Positions 1 to 8,706 of a stretch of DNA of 64,000 nt are shown in pieces. Source of the stretch: Protoeuglena noctilucae (lineage: Eukaryota); assembly GCA_958009085.1 (NCBI GenBank), contig OY253671.1, forward strand, positions 434,001-498,000, written 5' to 3'. The notes beneath the pieces are model-generated. The model was not told where the DNA came from and did not search any database. It saw only the letters and a program-made list of their open reading frames with translations. How positions within the stretch are numbered: the stretch's first letter is position 1; each line of letters begins with the position of its first letter. Both the position numbers and the translations under genes were made by a program.

Positions 1-65
1 GCCGTGGCGCGAACGTACAGGCCCCCACGGATATACCAGGTATCCGTGTTTAAACACTGAGTAGT

Positions 66-160
66 CAGAAACAGCAAGTAGGACAAGACAGGGGGAGAAG
101 AGGGGGGATTGTTAGTTTACAAGGGTGGTAACAACGTATCCCACAAACCGTACCGTTGGC
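66..160 (+). repeat. Diverged inverted repeat, copy 1 (partner at 7707-7803)
   Basis: 66-97 matches the reverse complement of 7771-7803 at 29/33 aligned positions; 145-160 matches the reverse complement of 7707-7722 at 15/16; spacing between blocks is 47 vs 48 nt. Confidence 0.85.
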
Positions 161-1189
161 CAGACGGACACGGCGCCCGCAGATCAAAGAAAAACTGCAA
201 CAAAGAAAGGGGAAGAGGGTCAGGACGGAGCACAGGCAGACGGCAGCGGGCGCGAAGATAACCTGCGGGGATGAGACGGGTCGTAGGTGGTCAGGCAACC
301 TGTGGCTGGGTGACAGTTCGCAAGTCCGCAGGGGAGCCAGGAACTGCACCGAGCGAGGCGCCTGCCATGGGCCTTTCAACCGAGTCTGACGCGCGCCTCC
401 TGACTAGATACACGCCATTAGGGCGTACCTGGGTAGCCCTGCTCTGGTCTAGCGTAGGCAGGCTGCGCTTAGGACCATTCCGAGTTCAAGTCAAGGTCTA
501 CTGGTCTCCACTCGACATGCTGCTGAGTAACTGGCGCAGCTACCCTGTCGAGGTAAGGGCCGCTCGGACCTACCAGGGACCCCAGGACCAGCCACAGGCG
601 GCCTGGAGAGAGTTTCCCTATCAGTCGCGACCGGGTTGGTCGTGCCGGGCTCACTCCCCCACAGGGCGCAGCGTGGCTTGAGCGGGTCCGACCCAGAGAG
701 ACAGTGGGCCCTCTGTGGATATATATGCGGCGGGGGCATCGAGGAGCCCATGGGCGACCGCCGCACAACGAGCAAGTAGGACCGCTCAGGGCACGGCTGC
801 GTCGGGAGGGTGAGCCTGGATGAGGCGTGCCGGTCTGGCTGCCTTGGAGGTCTGGGGTGGAGGACGTCGTGTCGTCGGGTGGGCGCAGTTCCGGAGCTAC
901 CGATGTGAGACAAGGCTCTGGGGGCCTCCACGGAGTACCCCTGGAATGCTTCGCCCCGCGAGGGGCGGCGGTTCGGCCTTCGGGCGCGGTAGAGAGGACT
1001 GGGGGTGTTCGGACCCCGGAGCGGCGGCCCCTGTACCTTCGGGTGGGGAGGCTTAGCGGGGGCGGGTCTTGTGCCAATGCACTGCGAAGATGGCATCCCC
1101 GGGGTTTTGCGGCCCCGGGGAATGGCACTCCTGTCACTGAGCTTGCTTGGTGGCTGGGCCCTGACGGGCCTTAGTACCTCTCTCTGTTG
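148..1189 (+). ncRNA. Large structured RNA with a group I intron-like core (putative ribozyme or ribozyme-derived element)
   Basis: No credible ORF. Nested helices: 174-180/246-252, 262-268/326-332, 380-385/562-567, 511-517/546-552, 645-656/808-819, 726-733/758-765, 991-1004/1169-1183. Stable tetraloops read correctly on + only: GCGA 958-961, cUUCGg 979-982 and 1038-1041, gCUUGc 1142-1145. P/Q/R/S-like motifs occur in order at ~258-271, 321-333, 372-385 and 554-570. The structured-RNA call is strong; the group I identity is less certain. Confidence 0.6.
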
Positions 1190-1293
1190 AACTGCACATA
1201 TCATTGCACCAGGCCAATCACCAGCCCAACGTCGCTGTCCTCCTCGCTATTGTCACTCTCATTACGCCTTGGGGGGGTCTTGGAAGGGGGGGG

Positions 1294-4200
1294 CTACTGT
1301 CGCTCTCCTCCCCAAGGCGGCCGGGCGGCCGGGCCTTGAGTCTTGGGGGGAGGCGGCCGGGCGCGGGTGGGGGCGGCAAGGCCGAAGGTGGGCATGGTGA
1401 GACCAGCAAGCCGGCCAGGCGGGAGGGGAGCGAAGATGTCAAAGGCGGGCATGGCGAGGCCAGCCAGCCGGCTGGCCGCGAAGGGGCGGGCGGGTGCGAA
1501 GAGGCGGGCGGGCGCGGAGGGACCAGCAGGCGCGGAGTGGCGGGTGGGCGCGGGGGGGCGGGCGGGCGCGGAGTGGCAGGCGGGCGCGGAGGGGCCAGCA
1601 GGCTGGCCGCCCCCGCCCCCGGCCGGCCTGCCGCTGGCCCGGTCCTCGCTCTCGAGCTTGCTCTTGCTGGAGCCCCGCTTGCGCTTGACGGAGCCCACCC
1701 CCCCACCCACAGCCCCCCCCTCGACCACCTGGCCGCGCCCGCCCCCGGACCCCCGCGCTGCCCAGCCGATGGCCCTGCCCTCCCTCTCGAGCTCCCTTTT
1801 CAAGGAGCCCAACTTGCGCTTCACGGCAAAGACTCCCCTGCCGACGAAAAGTCCATCATCTTGAAGCAGCGCCTGCACGCGAGTGAGATCACGTGTGTGG
1901 GGTGCTTGCTTGCGAGGGGGGCCCTGGCGGGGTACCAACTGCGCCTGGCATTGCTAGGGCGCGACTACTGGTATGCGTGTAGCACAGGTCTGGGGTAAGA
2001 GCCGCCCCCCCCCCCCCCCCCGTTCATGTACCACGACGCCCACAAAACTCACCAGGACATCGCCGGGGACGACGTTGGCCAACGGGAACGCCATAAGGAG
2101 CTCCAACGCGGCGTCCTCCTCCGCTTCCGTGTAGAGCTGACCGTAGGTCTCCTCATGATATCGCAGGTGCGCGTTGGCCCGTATCTGCACGCACGCGGCC
2201 AGCTGCGCGGCTGTGCGGGGCTGGCAGCCGGGGTGGACGTCGACCTTGGCCTGCGAGGGAGTTAAGTGGTTGACCCTGTCGACAGGCCGAGGAGTGGCGA
2301 GGGGACGGGGCAAGGGTAGCACAGCGAAATGAAGCAGTCGAAGGCTTGCAAGCTTGGACATGCAGGAAGTACGTGGCGGCTCGCGGCGAATCGCAGCGAG
2401 GCCCGCGGCGTGCGATCCTCGCCTTGATGTCAACCCAGAAGCTCGGATCGTTCCGAAGTGCATCGCCGGAGTTGTAGACGGCCTCCTCGTTGGCCACGCC
2501 CAAGGCATCGGCGGTCAGCTGTAGCACCTCCTTCACCTCCTCGGTCGACATCGGCCCCATGCGCACGCCGGATGTGTCGAGCGTGGCCTGGAACTCCTTG
2601 AACTTGGTGTTATAGCGCTGGGCCGTGACGCCGTCGAACGTGGTGCCGAAGTCACCGTTGAACAGGATCGACGCCCCCAGCTGCGTGTCCTGCGCTCAGA
2701 CAAGAACGCAGAGTGTCGTGCATTCCACCGAAACCGCCTGCGAAGTGCCATGATAGGTCAAAGGCTTACCAGCATGTCCCCCAAGGTGACTTCCCTGCCG
2801 CATCCGCCGCGCTTGGCCACGTCCTCCCCGGCGGCCTCCAGCAAGAGGGCGAGGACTTCGTTGGGGGAAAGCGTCAGACCCCCGGGCTGCATGCTGACGC
2901 GCTCGCCAGGCCAGAAATCGTCTGCGGAGATCGCGGGGTGCGTACTGATGCTCTCACGCCCGCCACGCAGCGTCGCGACCCTCGCTAGGCCAGCACTGTG
3001 TCCGTAGCGCGCCACGCCTACGCTGCAGCGCCTACTCACATCCAGCGTTGGTCCTCTGCCGCTTGTTCAGCGTGGCGTGCAGGGCCCGCACGCGCGCATC
3101 GACGTGCTCGAGGCAGACAAGCTTCTTGTTGTTGTCCACCGTCCAGGGTCTCTGTGACTTGAGCAGAAGGCGACCGCAGATCTTGCAACCCAGATGCAAG
3201 GTTTCCGGCGGGAACTCGGGCTCGACTCCGGGCGCGAAGCCCGTCATCTCGCACACGAGACGGATCTTGTACAGGCCGTCCCGCTTAAGGAACTCCTGCG
3301 ACGCACAAGCCCGCCGGAACTCGCTTGCGCTTGCGTGACATGCGATGTGTCAGTCGAGCGAGGCGAGCGCGTCACCGACCTCGGCGATCGCGACGCGCTT
3401 CTGACGCTGCTGCTCCTTGCTGACGTGTGCGCTGCCGAAGATCATTGCGACGACCCTGTCCGTGGCGGGCGCCCCGAAAGCCCAGGCGACCTCCAGGAGG
3501 TCACGGGGGCTCCGGGCCTCCAAGTGGCTCCTGAGCTCGAACGCCGCGTCCACCACCAGCTGGGGCACGTCGTAGACCACCCCGTCACCGGCCTTCTGTA
3601 ATGATGCGAGGGAGCGGGGCGGAGAGTGTGAAGCGCGCCGAGCGTGACATCGAGCGAGAAGCGCAAGCGGCCGCGGCGCTGGCTAGCCTCACCCACTCGC
3701 GCGGCACGACGTAGTACTCCGTGTGCCCTCCGACGGGAAGGTGGACCCGGAGGTTGACGTCCACCATCGCGGGCTGGTTCAGCAGCCCGTGGAGGACCTG
3801 CTCCGCCGCGAAGACGTACCCCTTGACGTGGTTCTCCCCACTGAAAGAGAATAAAAGCGCGTCGCGTCGGGTGCGGCATCACGATGGCGCGGGCGCCCGC
3901 GGCCTAGATGCCGGGGATCGCGGTGCACGGGGCGGCCGACGAAATGGACGCGCAGGCGGCGGCTCTCACGTGAGGTTGATGTCGGGAAGGGGGGCCCACG
4001 GGAGGCGCCGGCCGGGGACGGCCAGCCAGCTGAGCCGGTCCGCCAGCACCTCCCCGTAGGCGCGGTCCCCCACCACGGCCCCGCCCTTCACGTCGAATAG
4101 CTTTGCGAATGGCAGGAGCCGCTGGTGGATGCCGGGCGTGAACGGAGAGCCCGCCGGGACCTGCCACGGATCCCCGACCCCCACCTTGAGCACCAAGTGC

Positions 4201-4532
4201 CCCTCGTATCTCGCGGCTTCCAGCGGGATGCCATGCGTTCCCCCGACGAGGCTGTCAGGCGTGCCCCAGATGACGTACAGGGACGAGCGCTGCTGCCCTT
4301 TCTCCGTGAGGGTCACCTCAGGGGGCACGCCACCGGGCACAAAGCCCGAGGGCAGCGCGTCGGGGGAACCAGCCAATGCAAACAAGCTGAGCAGGCTGAA
4401 GTTAAAGGCAAAACCCAAAGGGCTGGAGCCTGTATGCTGGTAAGCGAGCTTGGTGGCCACCCGCCCCGTCAAGCAGTGATCGCAATCGCGGGGGATCAAC
4501 GGACCCTCGACCCAGCCCGGATGCGTAGGCAT
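1294..4532 (-). CDS. Multi-exon protein with degenerate JmjC-like and zf-C5HC2-like domains and a repetitive Pro/Ala/Gly tail
   Basis: Exon ~3841-3694 encodes GENHVKGYVFAAEQVLHGLLNQPAMVDVNLRVHLPVGGHTEYYVVP, which aligns by eye with the KDM5-type JmjC GVNxPWLY...INYLH...KxWYxVP. A later exon encodes CKICGRLLLKS...KLVCLEH (C5HC2-like). GT-AG junctions are visible, e.g. GDVL|gtgagt ~2052 ... gtgcag|ALLQ ~1874. Start and some junctions are uncertain; it may be a pseudogene. Confidence 0.45.
1355..1826. repeat. Internal tandem and dispersed coding duplications in the last exon of the JmjC-like gene
   Basis: ~21-nt units (gcgggcgcggagtggc...) at ~1485-1600; duplicated peptides VKRKLGSLKRELEREGRA / VKRKRGSSKSKLESEDRA and LAGLAMPAF / LAGLTMPTF. 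Confidence 0.7.
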
Positions 4533-4866
4533 GGTGGCGCGATTCTCTTGCTCTGCGGAAGACCTCGTTGGGGGCGCTGGAAAGGAAACGGAGAAGGGGT
4601 GCCTGGCGCAGGAAACTGCAGGAGCTGTTGGGCAGTTGTTGGCGGCGCCTCCAGACGAGCGTTGCCTTGGGGCATGCTGATGCCCTCCCTGTCCCTTGCT
4701 GCCTGCGACGCCCTCGCGAGTAGGATGGGAAGGACGTGGGGCTGGGCTGGGCTGCTGGCACGGAACGTGCTTTCCTCGGTCATGCATGTTCGAACCTTCA
4801 AAGAAAGATCGCTCGTCGAAGAGACAGGACCCATAGCATCGCATCGGACTACCGTCGCCCGTCACT

Positions 4867-6339
4867 CTACTCTCGCCGCAGCAGTTCCCCCGACATGACC
4901 ATCGCCCGGACCCTCGCCCTGCGGCGGCCAAGAGAGTGGCGGGGGGGAGATGGAAGGAAGCTCCGCGCGCATCCCGGCCACCAGCCGACCAGTCCCCCTT
5001 CCCCCAATCTCGACCTCACCTCTCCCCCGGCTCCATGTCGCTGCCCTCCACGAGCAGCCGCGCCCGGAGTCGGTCCTCGTCGGCCGACTCGGCCCCCCGC
5101 ACGTACACCAGGTTGTTGCAGTGGTCCCCGTCCATGACCGTGCAGTGGTCGGCGCTGATGGTCCAGTTCCCGTCCACCACCAGCTTGAAGCTGAAGTCGC
5201 CGATCGGCAGCTCCCGCACCAGCTCCGCCCGCCGGGTCGCGGGGTTCCACGGCGCCGGGAGGGACGCCCCCCAGCCCACGTCCAGGCCCGCCACCGCCAC
5301 CTGCCGCCCGGCCGTCATCCGCCGGAACCCCAGCGTGACCGGCACCGTCTTGGACCCCGTCAGCACGTCGGCCGTGGCCGCCCGCACCGCACTCAGCTTG
5401 GGGCAGCACGCGCGCACCGCGCGCAGGACCGCGAAGGCGCGGTCGAGCTGGAAGCCCCGCACCCAGTTCATGTAAGCCAGCGCGACGCCCGGCGCGCGGC
5501 CCATGCCCGCGGTGCAGTGCACGTACACGCACGGGTGCCGCGGCCCGGACGCCGGCCCCTGGTCGGCCTCGGTGCAGAAGACCGAGGGGTCCTCAAGCGA
5601 CGCGAGCGGCGAGTGGCGCTCCATGAGCCGGTACAGGAGGGACGTGACGGCCGGCAGGCGCAGGCGCAGGTCGTGCGGGGAGAAGTCCTGGATGGGCGCC
5701 CGCACGTGCTCGATGTCGCCGCGCGCCTCGCACCGGTCGATGATGGCGCGGATGTCGAGGTCGAAATAAGCCATGTCCGAGTCCTGCTGCAGGCAGAAGA
5801 TGGCCTTGACGTTCTCCTGCTCCGCGAGCCGGTCCACGTCCTTGGGCGTCTGGGGACACGACCCCACGATCAGGTCGGACAGCACCCGGTTGTAGAACAT
5901 CCCGTCCTCGTGCCTGCGGGCAGGGGACGGGGGGCCCGTCGCGCGGGCGCCCTCGCGGTGCGGCATCGGGGCTCGCGGCCCGCAAGGTGGGGACACCTGT
6001 ACGTCAGAGACGTCCCCATCCGCTGCTGCATCACGTCCGTGTACTCGTTGGACGTCCCCTCCTCCTGCGCCTGGGGGCGCGGCACGAGGAGTGACGCGCG
6101 CGCCGGGGCTGCCGTAACCGGCTGCTAAGCTAACTACTCCCCGCCCGCACCTGCTGCTCCTTATCGGCCCCGGCGGCCGCTGCGGCGCGGAACCTCTTCA
6201 GGTCATCAAACGATCCGAGCGTCGCGCTCCTCCGACCGAGAAGCGGGGAGGCGGCACGGGGCCGCTGTCGTCCATGGGCGCGGCGCTGCAGCGCCGTTGC
6301 GGCGCGGGCGCCGAGCGCCGGGGTCACAGCGTAGCTCAT
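4867..6339 (-). CDS. SEX4: Phosphoglucan phosphatase (dual-specificity phosphatase + CBM48), SEX4-like
   Basis: Catalytic HCTAGMGRA; LTYR|HEDGMFYNRVLSDLIVGSCPQT N-terminal motif; CBM48-like AGLDVGWG...FKLVVDGNW; transit-peptide-like N-terminus; GT-AG introns. Confidence 0.88.
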
Positions 6340-6408
6340 CCTTTCGATCGCCACTGACTGACGCGGGATTTGTCCCCCCACCATCGCTTCAAGTGGTGAA
6401 TCAGAGTG

Positions 6409-7667
6409 TCAGGATCGTGCGCCCCGGATCGCCAAAAAGTCGGAAAGGTACTCTATCATGCGCGGGGGCCACCGCCGCACGCGCCTCAGCCAGTCGCTGT
6501 CCAGGTCCTCGTAGAAGCCGCACCCGGCCGTGATGCGGTCGCAGGCGAACTCCCATGACGCCTCAGCGGCCTCGCCCCGGCCCTGGCTCCACAGGAGCGC
6601 CGCCAGGGCCGCCCGCATGTCGACGGACCCGGGGGCCCGGCGCACCACCCTCTCCATCTCGGCCACGGCCCCCGGCACGTCCCCCATCTGCGCCAGCATC
6701 AGCGCGGCGTTGGAGGCCGCCAGCACGGCGCCGTCCTGGCGCTGCGTTGACGTGTACCCCGTGCTGTCGAAGAAGCCCTTGGCCCGCTGGAAGCCCTCGC
6801 TGCTCTCCAGGTAGGCCTGCCGCGCCTCCCGCCAGAGCCCCAAGCTCGCCAGGACGTTGCCCCGGTCATTCAGCACGTAGGGGTCCGGGAGCAGGCCCGC
6901 CGACGCCGTGACCGCCAGTGCCTGGTCGTAGTCCGACAGAGCTCCCCTGCACGACGCGCGGGCAGCGAGGCGACGTGTGTGATGTGTGCAGGGGGCACTA
7001 AGACACGGCAGGGGCAGCACAAGCAAAGCCGCCTGTGGTGCGTCACCTCCAGTCGGACGTCCCCTCCTTGGCCAGCGCGCGCCCCGAGAGCAGCCGACCC
7101 ATGACGCTCGCGCGGGCCTGCGTCATCCTCTGGTCCGCCGCCGCCGTCTCCCTGAACAGCTCCTCCTGGCCGGCGATGGCCGCGTCGTAGTCCCGCACGC
7201 CCTCCTCGAACTGCTTGCTGTCCACGTGCACGGCGCCGCGCCACTCGCGCCACCTCGGGTCGTCCTGCCTCGCGATCACCTTGTCCAGCAGCTGGATCGT
7301 CAGCTGCGAGGAGGGTGAGGGAGAGTGTGACGGGACGCGACGCAGTTGGGCCCCAGTTGGGCGGAGAAATCGACCTCGGCACGCAGCCGGGCACCGGGAA
7401 GTCCATGCGACTGTACGCTTGGAACGCCTGCATCTCCAGGTAGCCGACAGCCCCGCTTCCGCCGTCCATGGCGGACGCGGGACCCAGAAAAACCCATGTC
7501 GCCGTTGCCCCGGGGAGCGAGAGCATGGCCTGGCGTCGAGAGGCCTGGCATCCGCATACGCGCGGCTCTGTTCGATCGCATCGACCATGGCCTGCCAACC
7601 ACGCCCTCGATGGTGGACGGAGGGCGCCGAAATGGCTCGCGAAATGGCTTGACTGGACGCCAGGCAT
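6409..7667 (-). CDS. Tetratricopeptide-repeat protein, probably plastid-targeted
   Basis: TPR-like helices (YVLNDRGNVLASLGLWREARQAY; EMERVVRRAPGSVDMRAALAALLW) and C-terminal DWLRRVRRWPP; spliced. Confidence 0.75.
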
Positions 7668-7706
7668 TCTATGTCACATCGAGTGGCAAAAGGCGAGTTG
7701 CTGCCT

Positions 7707-7803
7707 GCCAACGGTGCGGTTTCTTGGAAGCGTCAATACCAGCCATACCACGTAACATCAACCCCTTTCTCTCCCCCAGCTTTTGTCCTACTTGCGGTTT
7801 CTG
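7707..7803 (-). repeat. Diverged inverted repeat, copy 2, inside the divergent TPR/ERH intergenic region
   Basis: Colinear reverse-complement match to 66-160 (two blocks, 29/33 and 15/16). Confidence 0.85.
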
Positions 7804-7957
7804 GCCAGTGGTGGGGCGCCCTGCCGGGGCCGATGGAGCTTTGCATGCTTTCATTGCTTTGTGGGCCAAAGGGGGCCAGGCTCGGCAACACTAGCTCGGG
7901 AACGAGGCGCACCAGGACCGTGACTTTTGTGGGGACGTGCGACGAGGGGGAGGGAGA

Positions 7958-8652
7958 ATGGGCCACACGATTGTCCTCATGCAGGCGAGGCCGCTCTCGT
8001 CACGGGCACCTGCCGTTGCCGATCTCGCGCTCGCGTGCGCTTGAACACCTGCCGTTGGCGCCCGACGAAACCGGTGTCGCGTTCGGTCCGCGGCAGCGCC
8101 GTGGGGCGCTTGCAGAGATGTTGCGCGTGCGAACAGGACCGAGTCTCGCAGCGTGGCCTCCAAGACCTATCGCATAACGACCTGTTCGTCCACGCAGCCG
8201 GGGAACAAGACCTCGAGGACATTCATGGACTACGAGAACGTGTCCGAGGCCATGGACGGCATCTGCGGGGTCTTTGAGAGGTGATGTAGCGCTGCGCGCG
8301 ACGGGGCGCTTTGTAAGGATCAGCCGGCCTCTCCCGGGCCTCACGGCCTTCGCACAGGCTCGCAGGGAGCTGAAGCGCCTCAACCCGAACCTGGCAAACA
8401 TCACCTACGACATCCAAGACCTGTACAACTACATCGACCGCATGCCGGACATGATTGCGCTAGTCCTCGACCCGAAGGTGGGTGGATGCACGTGAGCGAC
8501 GTGCATCGCTCCCAGAAACACAGCAGTGGGAATGCAGAGCCACCTGATTTGCCCCTCGTGCCGCGCAGACGAACACGTACCGTCCCCACAACAAGGAGTG
8601 GATCAAGGAGCGGTGCTTTGACAGCCTGCAGCGGCAGGTCGCCGGCCAGTGA
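7958..8652 (+). CDS. ERH: Enhancer of rudimentary homolog
   Basis: Spliced product MGHTIVLMQ|PGNKTSRTFMDYENVSEAMDGICGVFE...LKRLNPNLANITYDIQDLYNYID...YRPHNKEWIKER matches the ERH family; first intron has a GC donor at 7985. Confidence 0.92.
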
Positions 8653-8706
8653 CGCATGCCCATGTGAGTCGGTCCCACTTAGGCTGCGATAATTCAAAGC
8701 CACAGG

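Noticed and set aside
50..560. Hammerhead or twister-like motifs (CTGAGTA...GAAAC; CTGCTGAG)
   Set aside because: The CUGANGA/GAAA/UH core and required three-stem geometry are not satisfied.
812..842. AGC-containing hairpin as group II intron domain V
   Set aside because: It lacks the GNRA loop, AC bulge and following domain VI, and no GUGYG 5' end is in a suitable position.
65..1204. Short ORFs over the structured region
   Set aside because: No recognisable domains or coding-like codon bias; better explained as chance frames in GC-rich structured DNA.
1201..1293. Alternative acidic C-terminus (..NESDNSEEDSD..*) for the JmjC-like gene
   Set aside because: It requires frameshifts in G/C homopolymer runs; an assembly error cannot be distinguished from 3' UTR without reads.
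2005..2021. C17 homopolymer as a possible element terminus or tail
   Set aside because: It falls inside a plausible GT-AG intron (~2052-1874) of the minus-strand gene; no target-site duplication is seen.
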